Below, one piece after another: positions 10,511 through 21,284 of a stretch of 64,000 bases of DNA. How positions within the stretch are numbered: position 1 is the stretch's first letter; each line of letters starts with the position of its first letter. A model generated the notes under the pieces. That model was not told where the DNA came from. It saw nothing but the letters and a program-made list of their open reading frames with translations, and searched no databases. Origin of the DNA: Bdellovibrionota bacterium FG-1 (lineage in GTDB: Bacteria > Bdellovibrionota > UBA1018); the NCBI GenBank assembly GCA_051382295.1, contig JBBCAW010000021.1, positions 64,001-128,000 of the forward strand, in the 5' to 3' direction. The position numbers and the translations under genes were made by a program.

Positions 10511-13500
10511 ATGGCCTTTACTCATCTTCATGTTCACACGCAATATAGCTTACTGCAGGGTGCCATTCAGACCGATGGGCTCTTTGAGCGCGTCAAAGCC
10601 ATGGGGATGGATTCAATCGCGGTTACCGATAGTCATAATCTTTTTGGTGCCATTGATTTTTATCTCAAAGCAAAAGAAGTCGGTATCAAGCCCATTATTG
10701 GGTGTGAGATTTTTTATGCACCCGGAGGGCGGGCTGGCATGCATGCCGCGGGTTTGGCAGGGGGTAGTGGCGCACAGAGTCAAAATGTATGCAAAATCCA
10801 TCATTTAGTTCTGCTTTGTAAGGATCTCCAGGGTTATCAAAATCTGTGTCAGCTGGTGACGCGTTCCTATATTGATGGCGCTGCGTTTGCGGCTGAAAAT
10901 AAAAAGATGACCGGTCCTCGTGCGATCGTGGATCGCGAATTGCTCGATCGTTGGGGAAATGGGTTGGTTGTTCTTTCAGGGTGTTTGCGCGGTGAACTTC
11001 CTTACAAAATCTTAACAGGTGAAACCGAGGCCGCGCTTGAATCCATGCTTTGGTTTAAAAAACGGTTTGGCGAGGATTTTTATCTCGAGCTTCAAGACAC
11101 CACCCTCCCTGAACAAGAACAGGTCAACGAACAGCTTTATGCGTGGGGTCAGCGGCATGGCATTAGATGTGTGGCCACTACGGATTGCCATTACTTGGAG
11201 CCTAAGGACGGCGAGGCTCACGAGGTGCTCCAATGCATTGAGCATGGCAAAAATCTAGATTTCGACCGCCCGAGAAGCTTGGTCCCCTCAGAATTTTATC
11301 TTAAGCCTGAAGCCGTGATGCGCGAGCATTTTGAAAGATGGCCTGATGCTTGTGATCACACTCAAGAAATCGCTTCCAAGTGTGATGTTATTTTTAAATT
11401 CAAGGATGAAAAAGGTCGTCCGATTTATCACCTTCCGAACTTTCGCCCCACGGGGGTTTCTAAGGATACCCCTTTTGATTTGATTGGGTACTTTCGGGAG
11501 CAATCGCAGGCGGGATTGAGGGATCGTTTTGGAGAACCCTGGTTTTTAGAGAAAAAATCGAAACCAGATTGGGATGAAAAGCAGAAGATTTATGAGGCTC
11601 GCCTTGAAGAAGAACTGAATATGATCGAACGAACCGGTTTTGCCGGTTACTTTTTGATCGTTTCTGACTTTATCAAATGGGCTAAAGGCGAGGGTATTCC
11701 GGTGGGGCCAGGACGTGGTTCGGGCGCTGGCTCATTGGTCGCTTATAGTCTTAAAATTACCGACATTGACCCGATCCAGTTTAATTTGCTTTTTGAGCGG
11801 TTCATTAATCCAGAACGTATCTCGATGCCCGATTTTGACGTGGATTTCTGCCAAGATCGGCGCGGTGAGGTGATTGACTACGTGGCTCGCAAGTACGGGC
11901 GCGACAATGTTTGCCAAATCATCACGTTTGGCAAGCTCCAGGCTAAGGCCGCGCTGAAAGATGTGGCGCGCGTGTTAGGACTTTCCTTTGCGGACTCAGA
12001 TCAGCTGACTAAACTCGTGGGCGATGAAGTCGGCATTGAGCTCAAAGATGCTTACGAGAGGGAGCCACGGCTTCGTGAGAAGATTGAGCAGGACCCTCGG
12101 CTGCGCAAGGTGTGGGAATATGCGCTTAAACTTGAAGGATTGTATCGAAGCGCGGGGATGCACGCCGCAGGCGTGATTATCACCGAAAATCCGGTGGTCA
12201 CCTATTGTCCACTTTTTGTGGGCAAAGATGGTCATTCAGTGACGCAATTCGATAAGGATTTTTCCGAAAAAATCGGCCTCGTTAAGTTCGATTTTTTGGG
12301 TTTAAAGACTTTGACGGTCATTGATAATGCGGTCAAGTTGATTCGGAGCGTGGCTGCGGCGGGAACCGCTGATGCGGAATTTCAGCTTGAAAAAATCAAT
12401 TATAGCGATCCCAAAGTGTTTGAGCTGATTTCTTCCGGCGACACGGATGGCGTGTTTCAGGTCGAAAGCTCGGGAATGAAAGATCTTTGCCAGCGCATTA
12501 TTCCCAATTCGCTTGAAGACATTACGGCCATTAATGCGCTTTATCGCCCAGGTCCCTTGGGTTCCGGAATGGTCGATGATTTTATCGACCGCAAACATGG
12601 TCGCAAGCCGATTGTTTACGACGTGGATATGTTGGCGTCCATTCTTAAGGACACTTATGGGGTCATCCTCTATCAAGAGCAGGTGATGCAGATCGCGCGC
12701 GAGTTGGCGGGGTATTCACTCGGGCAAGCCGACTTGCTCAGGCGTGCGATGGGCAAGAAAAAAGCTGAGGAAATGGCTCAGCAACGTGACCTTTTTGTCA
12801 GGGGTGCGATTGCCAAGGGCCTTCCCGCGGCCAAAGCTGAGTCGATTTTTGATCTGATGGCCAAGTTTGCTGAGTATGGGTTTAATAAGTCTCATTCGGC
12901 AGCCTATGGGGTTCTGACGTATCAAACGGCGTATCTAAAAACTCATTTTTCGGCCGAGTTCATGGCAGCGCTCATGACGACAGAAATGGATACGACTGAG
13001 AAGATCACCAAATACATTGGTGATTCACGTGCCCATGACATTCCGGTGTTGCCTCCCGATGTCAATTACTCGCAAAAACGTTTTAGTGTTGAGTGGCTTA
13101 AGCCGAATGATGCCGCCTATCCCAACCTTTTAATCAAAAAGGGACAGCTCGCGCATCCCATTAAGGCCATTCGTTTTGGATTAGAAGCGATCAAGGGCGT
13201 GGGAGGGATTGCGGTCGATACGATTTTAGAGTCCCGAGTTTCAGGCGGACCTTTTCAGAATGTTCTTGAATTTTGTCGACGGGTCTCCACTCGTAAGGTG
13301 AATAAAAAGGTTTTAGAGGCACTGACGTCGGCCGGGGCGTTTGACTCGATTGCCGAGGTGAATCGCGCATCCCTTTTTGTTTCATTGGAGAGCTTACTGG
13401 ATCATGCGGGCGATGAGCAGGCCGAGAGAGAACTCGGACAAAGCTCGCTTTTCGATTCGTTTTCGGCAGCTGAAGTGAAGTTACTCACCCCCACTCATTC

Positions 13501-14248
13501 CATCTTTAAACAGGAGGAAGATTGGCCAACCTCGCGCAAATTAATGGAAGAGCGCAAGGTGGTCGGTTTTTATGTTTCGGGCCATCCCATGGATGCCTGG
13601 CAAAAAATCTGTGAGGATTGGCTTGGGTGGAGCACGGAGCGTCTGAAGCGAACGGCCGAAGAAAAACAGGCGCAGAAAAAAGCAAGCCCTTCGGCGTCTT
13701 CCGATGACGGGTTTGTACCGCGGTCGATGCGCCCGCCTAAGCAAGAAATCCGGATAGGGGGCTTAGTGGGCGAGTTGCGAGAGGTGATGACCAAAAAGGG
13801 GTCCAGAATGGCCTTTGGTCAACTTGAAGATCTCCATGGTAAGGTTGAGATTGTATTTTTTCCGGAGGCTTTCGCTCAGTGTCAGGAATTGCTTAAACGT
13901 GCGACCACTGAGGCTGAGGCGGTCATTGTGAACGGCGAGGTCGAGTTTGGAGACGAAGCCCCTAAAGTATTGGTTAAGACGATTGAATGGGCTGCCGAAG
14001 CGCACAAAGGCCGAGTTCAACAAGTGGTTTTGAGACTTGCACCCTCCGAGGTCAGTGCTGACCAGTTGCGTGCCCTTAAGAAAAGTTTGCTCACATTTCG
14101 AGGTAAGTGTCCGGTTAGAATAGACTTTATTGATCCGCTTTTTAAGACACGACTCGACCTTCCAAAGACAGTTTCGGTCACGGCAACTCCTCAAATGGTT
14201 TCGGCGGTGAATCAAATCTTTGGTCGGGATGTGGTGGCGCTTCATTGA
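10511..14248 (+). CDS. dnaE: DNA polymerase III alpha subunit
   Basis: PHP HLHVHTQYS, GRGSGAGS, PDFDVD catalytic motif, FNKSH, C-terminal OB fold. Confidence 0.98.
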   Translation: MAFTHLHVHTQYSLLQGAIQTDGLFERVKAMGMDSIAVTDSHNLFGAIDFYLKAKEVGIKPIIGCEIFYAPGGRAGMHAAGLAGGSGAQSQNVCKIHHLVLLCKDLQGYQNLCQLVTRSYIDGAAFAAENKKMTGPRAIVDRELLDRWGNGLVVLSGCLRGELPYKILTGETEAALESMLWFKKRFGEDFYLELQDTTLPEQEQVNEQLYAWGQRHGIRCVATTDCHYLEPKDGEAHEVLQCIEHGKNLDFDRPRSLVPSEFYLKPEAVMREHFERWPDACDHTQEIASKCDVIFKFKDEKGRPIYHLPNFRPTGVSKDTPFDLIGYFREQSQAGLRDRFGEPWFLEKKSKPDWDEKQKIYEARLEEELNMIERTGFAGYFLIVSDFIKWAKGEGIPVGPGRGSGAGSLVAYSLKITDIDPIQFNLLFERFINPERISMPDFDVDFCQDRRGEVIDYVARKYGRDNVCQIITFGKLQAKAALKDVARVLGLSFADSDQLTKLVGDEVGIELKDAYEREPRLREKIEQDPRLRKVWEYALKLEGLYRSAGMHAAGVIITENPVVTYCPLFVGKDGHSVTQFDKDFSEKIGLVKFDFLGLKTLTVIDNAVKLIRSVAAAGTADAEFQLEKINYSDPKVFELISSGDTDGVFQVESSGMKDLCQRIIPNSLEDITAINALYRPGPLGSGMVDDFIDRKHGRKPIVYDVDMLASILKDTYGVILYQEQVMQIARELAGYSLGQADLLRRAMGKKKAEEMAQQRDLFVRGAIAKGLPAAKAESIFDLMAKFAEYGFNKSHSAAYGVLTYQTAYLKTHFSAEFMAALMTTEMDTTEKITKYIGDSRAHDIPVLPPDVNYSQKRFSVEWLKPNDAAYPNLLIKKGQLAHPIKAIRFGLEAIKGVGGIAVDTILESRVSGGPFQNVLEFCRRVSTRKVNKKVLEALTSAGAFDSIAEVNRASLFVSLESLLDHAGDEQAERELGQSSLFDSFSAAEVKLLTPTHSIFKQEEDWPTSRKLMEERKVVGFYVSGHPMDAWQKICEDWLGWSTERLKRTAEEKQAQKKASPSASSDDGFVPRSMRPPKQEIRIGGLVGELREVMTKKGSRMAFGQLEDLHGKVEIVFFPEAFAQCQELLKRATTEAEAVIVNGEVEFGDEAPKVLVKTIEWAAEAHKGRVQQVVLRLAPSEVSADQLRALKKSLLTFRGKCPVRIDFIDPLFKTRLDLPKTVSVTATPQMVSAVNQIFGRDVVALH

Positions 14249-14270
14249 GTCCGCGGATAGGATGAATGAT

Positions 14271-15335
14271 ATGAGGGTATATGCAGGCATTGGGGGGTGG
14301 ATTCTAGGACTGCTGGCTTGGGGGGGGGGCGTGAGTTTTGGCGCCCCTATCGACGATGCAGTGACGCATAAGCTCAAGTCTGCAATTATCGAGAGTGAAG
14401 TCCGTTTAGGGGTTTTGGAACCGTGGCAGAAAAAGATCTTCGATGAAGAGGTGGTTCCTCAGTATCAGCGCTTTATTCGGGATTACCGTTCTTCGCAAAC
14501 CCATAGTGGCACGGCCAATAGTAGTTTGGCTGTCGACATTGATTTGGAGTCACTCAAAGATTACCTGCGATTTTATGCGCCTAAGGCCTTGGGGATCGCC
14601 CCCAAGGCGCCCGTATTGGCCGTGTTTTTGAGAATGGGCGAGGATTGTGGTGAAAAGTGTACGGATGCCACCGAGGGGTTGCGTAAGTTGCTGGTGGCAC
14701 GGGCAGTGCGGCGGGGATTTAAGTTGCAGTCTCTTACCACCGAAGATTTGGGTCCTACGGGCGAAGATCTCGAAGGCAAGGCGTTGGACGACAAGGTCAT
14801 GGCAGTCGCGGGGTCGCGGGGCGCAGTCGGAGCGTGGGTGCTGGAGTGGGGGAAAATGCCGGTCGACGATATGGATAGCGCCCATGCCGATGAAAATCAC
14901 TATTCGCTTCGCTCTTGTTTGACGCTTCGGTCGTTTGGTGGACCCAGTGGCTTTAGAAGCGAAGGCAAAATGGACCTTCTTGAAAACGATAATTTTGAGG
15001 CGGCTTTTTCCCGATTAGCTTCGGACGGGTTGAACGAGCTTGGCGCGCGCACGGCTCAGTTGGAGCGCAACATGAGTCGAACCGATACTTTTTCTGAAAA
15101 TGAAGTTCAAGTCATGATTTCAGGCTTCAAAAATTTTGCCCAATGGATGCGCGCCAAAACCTGGCTTCAAACTCGATTTCCGAATGCCTCGGTGCAAGAG
15201 CGCAAGTTAGCTCGTCTCAAGGGCGGAGTGGCCTTGGTGGGCGAAACATCAGCAGAAACTGTTCGAAAAGCTTTGTCTGAAGGGAGTAAGAGCTGGGGTG
15301 GGGATTCGGAAATTCAAATGGAGGTTGAGCCATGA
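14271..15335 (+). CDS. Hypothetical exported protein
   Basis: Signal-like N-terminus from ATG 14271 (14262 also possible); ATGA overlap with next gene. Confidence 0.55.
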   Translation: MRVYAGIGGWILGLLAWGGGVSFGAPIDDAVTHKLKSAIIESEVRLGVLEPWQKKIFDEEVVPQYQRFIRDYRSSQTHSGTANSSLAVDIDLESLKDYLRFYAPKALGIAPKAPVLAVFLRMGEDCGEKCTDATEGLRKLLVARAVRRGFKLQSLTTEDLGPTGEDLEGKALDDKVMAVAGSRGAVGAWVLEWGKMPVDDMDSAHADENHYSLRSCLTLRSFGGPSGFRSEGKMDLLENDNFEAAFSRLASDGLNELGARTAQLERNMSRTDTFSENEVQVMISGFKNFAQWMRAKTWLQTRFPNASVQERKLARLKGGVALVGETSAETVRKALSEGSKSWGGDSEIQMEVEP

Positions 15336-16318
15336 AGGGGTCAAGTTGGGTGCGCACCCTGGCTGGGGGGTGGCTGATGGGAGTGCTCGTTTTGAGTGCG
15401 TCTTGTCAGCGTTCCAATCAATACAGACGGGATCAGGATTTTTATAAAACGGATTCTTCTCCAGGCTATTACTCGGGAAAGGGGCCAAAGAGCGCCACGA
15501 CCCGAATTGAACAGATGGGCCAGCCTAAAAAACGGGTCATGGTATTTAATTTTTGGAATGACACTCCGGTTCCCATGGTTGACATCGGCCCCTTTGCCGC
15601 CGATGAGCTGAAGCGTGGCCTCTTTCTTACCCAGCGCATGATTGTTCCGCCAGAAGTGAAGACGACGTTTGGTACCGAGGACTTTATTCAGGGGGATAAG
15701 GTACGGGTGTCGCAATTGATTCGTGAAGGCCGTAAACACGGCGTGGCCGTATTGGTCATCGGTCGTGTCAGCAAGATCACTTTTCGCCAGCGGGGAGACG
15801 AGGTAGGTTTACTTCGGCAAAAACAATCACTGGCTGGCGTTGATCTTGAGATTAAGGTCTTTGACGTGGCGGGGGGGCGCGAGCTGATGGCGATCTCGAA
15901 GTCCGGGGATGCCTCAAGTAGCTCGTTGGTGGCTTTTGAAGGAAAGAGCCTGGAAACTCGCGAATTTCGGGCCGAGCTGACTCAGCTTGCGGTTCGTAAT
16001 GCAGTAGCCTTATTGGTGCCTGAGGTGGTGCGGACCGTTGAAAAAATGACTTGGGAAGGGCGGATCGCCAAAGTGGCAGGCAGTAAAGTCTATGTTAACG
16101 CTGGGCGTGCTTCAGGATTGGTGGGCGGAGACATCCTCAAAGTCCTGTCACCGGGTGACGATGTTTATGACCCAGCGACGGGCGCGTTTTTAGGTCGTTC
16201 GCAGGGGCAATTGAAGGGCACGCTCGAAGTAGTGGATTTTATAGGTCCTGATGGCGCTTTGACTGAAGTTCATACTGGATCAAACTTTCAAGAAGGCGAC
16301 ACAGTACAGTTGTACTAG
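15332..16318 (+). CDS. FlgT/CsgG-like lipoprotein
   Basis: Lipobox LSAS-C; TolB-N-like middle; C-terminal GRIAKVxGxKVYVNAGxxSGL resembling FlgT C domain. Confidence 0.6.
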   Translation: MKGSSWVRTLAGGWLMGVLVLSASCQRSNQYRRDQDFYKTDSSPGYYSGKGPKSATTRIEQMGQPKKRVMVFNFWNDTPVPMVDIGPFAADELKRGLFLTQRMIVPPEVKTTFGTEDFIQGDKVRVSQLIREGRKHGVAVLVIGRVSKITFRQRGDEVGLLRQKQSLAGVDLEIKVFDVAGGRELMAISKSGDASSSSLVAFEGKSLETREFRAELTQLAVRNAVALLVPEVVRTVEKMTWEGRIAKVAGSKVYVNAGRASGLVGGDILKVLSPGDDVYDPATGAFLGRSQGQLKGTLEVVDFIGPDGALTEVHTGSNFQEGDTVQLY

Positions 16319-16325
16319 CTTTGGG

Positions 16326-16342
16326 TTGGTACGTCTCTGGCA
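16326..16342 (+). promoter_or_regulatory. Putative sigma-54 (-24/-12) promoter of GH65-USP operon
   Basis: TTGGTACGTCTCTGGCA, GG-N10-GC. Confidence 0.45.
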
Positions 16343-16356
16343 GTTGAGCTGAACTC

Positions 16357-19140
16357 ATGGTGGTGAGTTGTCCCAATCATCTGGAGTGGCCGCATCAGCT
16401 GAGACGAAAATTTCGCCTCATTATTTTTGACTGGGATAGCACTGCGGCTTTGGACCGCAAGGAGCGAGTACCCTTTTTGGCCCAGTCTTTGACGCAGTTA
16501 CTTCAAAAAGGGATTTTTGTCGTTATTGTCACCGGAACAAAATTGGATTCGGTGTTAGGGCAACTGAATGCCCTGATTTCAAACAAGGATTTGGCCACAA
16601 AACAAGCCCTTGTGCATCTTTTTATCTGTACCTATCGAGGGTCGGAGGTTTGGTCCTTCTCTGCGGGGGGGCACTTCAAAGTGGGCTTGATGGGTAAGTC
16701 CGACTCGGTGCGCTGGGTGTTTGAAAACGTGGTTCTGCCCAATGGAATGAAGCCTGAGACTGTGGCCGTGGTTGGCGATGAGTTGAACGGACAACAAGAT
16801 AATCGGGGGAGTGACGGCTGGATGCAAATTCCAGAGCTGGAGGACGCGACTTTCTTTTCAGTTGGCGCAATGTCCAGAGACCTGACCGAAGGCATTCTGA
16901 GTCTGGGGGGTGGGCCCTCTCGTTTTCAACAGTGGCTCGCCTATCAAGCGGAACTGGGAGCAGAATTTGGGCAAGGGGGAGTGGGCTTTTTTGAAGGCGT
17001 GCATGAGCCCACCTCCAATCCCTCGTGGTTGATCGAACAGGAAGGTTTTGATCCCTCGCGGGAGCACGAGATGGAAAGTCTTTTTTCGATTGGAAATGGG
17101 TTTTTGGGCGTGCGTGGGTCGACGGATCTGCCCATTCCCAGTTCTCAGTCTGAACTGTATTTAGCCGGCATTTACGATCACAAGGCCGCAGGTTTGGCTT
17201 ATTCTGAACCTGAGTTCCAGGCGGACGATAACCGCACAGATCCTTATGCCGAGCTGGTTTTATTTCCCTCCCCGTTTCGCTTGAGGATCCACTTGTCTAC
17301 CGAGCACGGCGATGCGCAGGAATTATGTCCAGGCTCGGGAGGTGGACAAGGACAGTTGCAGATGAGTTCTCACGAGCGCATTTTGGACATGAAGCAAGGC
17401 CTATTGTTTGAGACTTTTTCCTTTACTACTGATCTGGGCTGCGTGGTTTGGTTGCGATCATTGCGAATGGCTTCGCTGGTTGATCCGCATCTTTTGCTCC
17501 ATGAGCTTGAGATCCAAGTGACCCACGTCGGCCAAGTTAGTAACGAACCGATGTTAATGGAGGTTGATGCCGCTCCTCCTTTTTTGGACTTTTCGCTCAG
17601 TTATCCTCATCTCAAAGTACCTTTAAGTCGCCTAGGTCTGACCCTCGCGGAGCCCTGGAATTTTGAGACGTCCGCCTCTCGTTTTCAGGCTGTAATGGCG
17701 GCAAAAATGGCGATTAACGGAATGGAGCAGAGCGCCACGATCTTCCGGTTTCGGGCCGAACCAGGACATCGGATCGCTCTTCGGTCGATGTTCAGTGTGT
17801 TTTCTAACCGCGATGAAAATTTTGTGCTCGAATCGGCAAAAATCCATCTTCAAGAGAAGTCATGGGAGAGTTTTGATCAGGAGATTTTCAGGCATGTCAC
17901 TGCATGGAAACAGTTTTGGAAAAAAGCCGATCTTCGTTTTTCTGAGCAGCCCGCACTGATTCAGGCGCATCGGTACGGACTGTATCAATTACGGAGTGCC
18001 GCGCCCACAAACGATAGGTCTTCCGTGGGTGCGCGAGGTCTAACAGGGCGAGCGTATGAAGGGCATGTTTTTTGGGATGCTGAAATTTTCGTCTTTCCAT
18101 TTTACCTTTTTATGCTGCCGGAGGCGGCAAAAAACATTCTGCTTTATCGGTACCGTACTTTATCGGGGGCACGAAAGCGTGCCGCGGCATTGGGCTATCA
18201 AGGCGCTTGTTATGCTTGGGAGTCGACGGTTGATGGCGCGGATGTCACTCCTTCGGTCATTGTTTTGCTGCAATCAAAAAAAAGAGTGCCCATTTTTACG
18301 GGTTTTCAACAGATTCATATTACGGCCGACATCGCGTACGCGGTTTTTCGCTATTGGGACTTGACCGGTGATGATGCCTTTGTGCGGGACTTTGGAGCGG
18401 AAATTTTGATTGAAACGGCCCGTTTTTGGGTGAGTCGGGTTTCGGCAGTTTCGGAGAAAGATGGGCGAGTTCACATTTTAGGTGTCGTGGGGCCCGATGA
18501 GTATCATCATGACGTGAATGACAACGCCTATACCAATTGGATGGCGCGGCTCAATCTCAAACGGGCCGCTGAGTGTGTGGCCTGGCTAGAGGGCCAACAT
18601 CCGCGACGGATGCAAGAACTCAGGAGACAACTCGGGTTGCAACGGGATGAAATCCAAAATTGGAAAACCGTGGCCGAACTTCTCTATTTTCCGGAGCCTA
18701 ATCAGGAAGGAATCATTGAGCAGTTTGACGGATTTTTTTCCCTTTCAACCACCCAGCTGAGCGACAAAGAGCTTTTGCATGCGCCAGTGAATCGCTTGTT
18801 GAACTGGGAAGCTGTTAACCGACTTCGAGTGATCAAGCAAGCCGATGTTCTGATGATTCCCTTTTTATTCCCGGGGGTCTGGCCTAAAGACGTTTTGGAA
18901 AAAAATTACCGCTACTATTCTTTGATCACCGATCATGGGAGCAGTCTTTCGCCCGGTGTTCATGCCGCGATTGCAGCTGATTTAGGGTTGAAACAGGAGG
19001 CTGAGCACTATTGGGACGAAAGTCTCAACTTGGACCTTCAAAATTTGATGCAAAACACCTCGCTGGGAATCCATCTTGGCTGCATGGGCGGGACCTGGCA
19101 GGCATTATTTTTCCATTTCCTTAAGAAAGGAATCGCATGA
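16357..19140 (+). CDS. HAD-like domain fused to GH65 (trehalose/kojibiose/maltose phosphorylase family)
   Basis: N-terminal IIFDWDST, VTG, VGDE; GH65 motifs GNGFLGVRG, ARGLTG, YEGHVFWD, GPDEYH, KQAD, HGSSLS. Confidence 0.9.
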   Translation: MVVSCPNHLEWPHQLRRKFRLIIFDWDSTAALDRKERVPFLAQSLTQLLQKGIFVVIVTGTKLDSVLGQLNALISNKDLATKQALVHLFICTYRGSEVWSFSAGGHFKVGLMGKSDSVRWVFENVVLPNGMKPETVAVVGDELNGQQDNRGSDGWMQIPELEDATFFSVGAMSRDLTEGILSLGGGPSRFQQWLAYQAELGAEFGQGGVGFFEGVHEPTSNPSWLIEQEGFDPSREHEMESLFSIGNGFLGVRGSTDLPIPSSQSELYLAGIYDHKAAGLAYSEPEFQADDNRTDPYAELVLFPSPFRLRIHLSTEHGDAQELCPGSGGGQGQLQMSSHERILDMKQGLLFETFSFTTDLGCVVWLRSLRMASLVDPHLLLHELEIQVTHVGQVSNEPMLMEVDAAPPFLDFSLSYPHLKVPLSRLGLTLAEPWNFETSASRFQAVMAAKMAINGMEQSATIFRFRAEPGHRIALRSMFSVFSNRDENFVLESAKIHLQEKSWESFDQEIFRHVTAWKQFWKKADLRFSEQPALIQAHRYGLYQLRSAAPTNDRSSVGARGLTGRAYEGHVFWDAEIFVFPFYLFMLPEAAKNILLYRYRTLSGARKRAAALGYQGACYAWESTVDGADVTPSVIVLLQSKKRVPIFTGFQQIHITADIAYAVFRYWDLTGDDAFVRDFGAEILIETARFWVSRVSAVSEKDGRVHILGVVGPDEYHHDVNDNAYTNWMARLNLKRAAECVAWLEGQHPRRMQELRRQLGLQRDEIQNWKTVAELLYFPEPNQEGIIEQFDGFFSLSTTQLSDKELLHAPVNRLLNWEAVNRLRVIKQADVLMIPFLFPGVWPKDVLEKNYRYYSLITDHGSSLSPGVHAAIAADLGLKQEAEHYWDESLNLDLQNLMQNTSLGIHLGCMGGTWQALFFHFLKKGIA

Positions 19141-20000
19141 GACCGCTTCCGTGGGATTGTGTTTGGGCCCCGGTGTTTCCTGATCAAGAGCCAGAAGAGG
19201 TCGAACTTTTTGTGCGAAACAGCGTCAGTCTGGCGGGATGGTTGGGTGCGCAGATTTATTGGCTTGTATCAGAGTCTCAGAAGAATGACTTTCAAAGGTG
19301 GGCCGAATTTGCTTCTTCAAAAGTGCGGTGTTCTATCATCCCTCTGTCGGGGCAATTTATGCAAGGGGTTCTCAAACTTGTTTCACAATCAGCAGACTCA
19401 GAAAGAGGGCTCCTGCTTCTGAGCGCTAAAAGTCCGAGTCTGTTTGAGCTATTAGAGCAATGTTCATTGCCGGTATGGATTGTGCCGGCGGGTCTAAGAA
19501 TGAAGCCTGATCCTATTCATGCCATCTGGGTACCCATGAGTGGGGAAAAGCGGGATAGCGAGGCTCTTGATTTCGGAATCCGCCTGGCGAATCAGCATGG
19601 CCTTCCCGTGGATATCCTTCACGTCACGAGTTCCCAACCTAAGAACGAGTGTGATGAGTCCGTTCTAGGCCATATTCGTGACCAATTTCATCATGAGTAC
19701 CCCCGCTTAGTGGAGGAGCTGGTGGTCGAAGGAAGTCCCCTGTCTACCCCGCGTGAAAGACAGGTGATTCGAGAATTTTGCCATTCTTATGGAGACGTTA
19801 TTGAAGAGATCAAATGGAGGGTGAGGCAAAATAACGAAAGCTTATTGCTTTTTGAGTGGAAGGGAGTTCTAAAAAAGGGTCGGGCTGAAAAAATAAAACT
19901 TTTACTGCGCCATGCGAGAGGGCCGGTTTTGCTGATTCGAGAGCGCACCCGAGCGCGGAGTCGGCTGAAAATCGGCCGTCATTTTGGGGCTACGGGCTGA
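19137..20000 (+). CDS. Universal stress protein-like (tandem USP)
   Basis: ATGA coupling to GH65; IWVPMSG...ALDFG...ILHV and two PVxxV ends. Confidence 0.6.
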   Translation: MRPLPWDCVWAPVFPDQEPEEVELFVRNSVSLAGWLGAQIYWLVSESQKNDFQRWAEFASSKVRCSIIPLSGQFMQGVLKLVSQSADSERGLLLLSAKSPSLFELLEQCSLPVWIVPAGLRMKPDPIHAIWVPMSGEKRDSEALDFGIRLANQHGLPVDILHVTSSQPKNECDESVLGHIRDQFHHEYPRLVEELVVEGSPLSTPRERQVIREFCHSYGDVIEEIKWRVRQNNESLLLFEWKGVLKKGRAEKIKLLLRHARGPVLLIRERTRARSRLKIGRHFGATG

Positions 20001-20927
20001 GGGTTGGCCATGTTGAAGTAAAAGCTTCATGACTTCTAGGTCTTGATCAATACGATCTCTGGGGTCAAAGCCTAAGAGACGGGCGACCAGGTATCCCAGC
20101 GCTCCAGCGGGCGGCGCATAAGAAAGCTCGATATGGAGCCGGGTGCCCCCCGTTTCAATTGATTCAAATTGAACGCTTCCTTCGGTTGCGATCAAAGAAC
20201 CAGGGATACTTTTCCAGGCGATCCTTTGGTTGGGTATCAGGTCAAAAACACTCGTTTCCCAGTGGACTTGCGCCCCACCGGGCGCTTTGGCCGCCCACCT
20301 TAATACGCCAGAATCATTGATTTGGACGTCTCGAATAAAGGACATAAAGCGCGGATAGTTTTTGAATTGGCTCCAGAAGCTGTAGGCTTCCTCCACGTTC
20401 GTTGAGACTGAAAGAGTTCTTTTCATCTGAATGACTGGAAGAATCAAGCTTCCGATGACCTGAGTGATGTCTCGATTGGTCATTGCGCGAGAAAGCAGGA
20501 GGCCGCCGATCCCTAGGGAAAGCAAACTCCCTAAGCCGGCCTTCTTTTCCTTCGTTCGGAAGCCTTGGATCATAATCATGACCCCCGACAGCCCTGCTAA
20601 AGCACGAAGCCAGGGGGCCCAACGACCGGCAATAAACCCGGGTTGGTAGCCGAAGCGGTTTTCTGGCAGATGTCCTGATGACGGTTTGTCAGAAGAGGAG
20701 TTCATGACTTCCAAATGATGGATGACGGGCGTGACCCCTACAAGCTTCTTAGCTATTTCTAGGATCGAGTGAACCTCATCGTCAAAAACTGAGCCCGCTA
20801 AAAAAACCTGGCCATCGTAAACGCTCGCTTCGATGAGTCCGGGGTGAGTCAAAATCTGATCGAGTTTGGCACGTAATTCCGCAGTTTTCTGTGAATCAGT
20901 GGAAGGAGGAGGAGTGGGCCGTGACAT
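19902..20927 (-). CDS. BON domain + SRPBCC (cyclase/dehydrase) family membrane protein
   Basis: BON-like N-terminus; YSFWSQFKNYPRFM, IAWKS, YAPPAG motifs. Confidence 0.8.
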   Translation of the reverse strand: MSRPTPPPSTDSQKTAELRAKLDQILTHPGLIEASVYDGQVFLAGSVFDDEVHSILEIAKKLVGVTPVIHHLEVMNSSSDKPSSGHLPENRFGYQPGFIAGRWAPWLRALAGLSGVMIMIQGFRTKEKKAGLGSLLSLGIGGLLLSRAMTNRDITQVIGSLILPVIQMKRTLSVSTNVEEAYSFWSQFKNYPRFMSFIRDVQINDSGVLRWAAKAPGGAQVHWETSVFDLIPNQRIAWKSIPGSLIATEGSVQFESIETGGTRLHIELSYAPPAGALGYLVARLLGFDPRDRIDQDLEVMKLLLQHGQPSARSPKMTADFQPTPRSGALSNQQNRPSRMAQ

Positions 20928-20939
20928 GAGTACATGGGA

Positions 20940-20956
20940 AGCAAGGAAGGTGCCTA
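20940..20956 (-). promoter_or_regulatory. Putative sigma-54 promoter
   Basis: Minus strand TAGGCACCTTCCTTGCT, GG-N10-GC. Confidence 0.55.
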
Positions 20957-20977
20957 TGCGACATCTTTAGCAGTCGA

Positions 20978-21283
20978 CTAAGTGCCTTTTCGAGGGTTTC
21001 GTTTCGCCTTAATTCTGGCTGCGGCTGCAGCCCCTCGCTCTTCGAGCGGGAGGCTGTCATCCTCTGAGCCAATCACTTTTCGTTTGAGGGCGACATTTTT
21101 TGATCGCCCTTCTGCCAATAGATCTTCGATTGCCCGAACCTCGTCCTCAAGTTCCCACTTAGCCAAGGTCATAATGGCCAAATCTTCATGGGATTCTGGC
21201 GCTTTCATGCTTTCGTGGACCTTGATCTTGTGGCGCAAACCCAAGGATCGTTGAAGGAGTTCAAGCTTTCGCAGTTTATCCAT
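20978..21283 (-). CDS. Small hypothetical coiled-coil protein
   Basis: ATG immediately after acnA stop (MDKLRKLELL). Confidence 0.65.
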   Translation of the reverse strand: MDKLRKLELLQRSLGLRHKIKVHESMKAPESHEDLAIMTLAKWELEDEVRAIEDLLAEGRSKNVALKRKVIGSEDDSLPLEERGAAAAARIKAKRNPRKGT

Positions 21284-21284
21284 T

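Noticed and set aside
10511..14248. Intein in DnaE
   Set aside because: Insertions are short low-complexity loops with no splicing motifs
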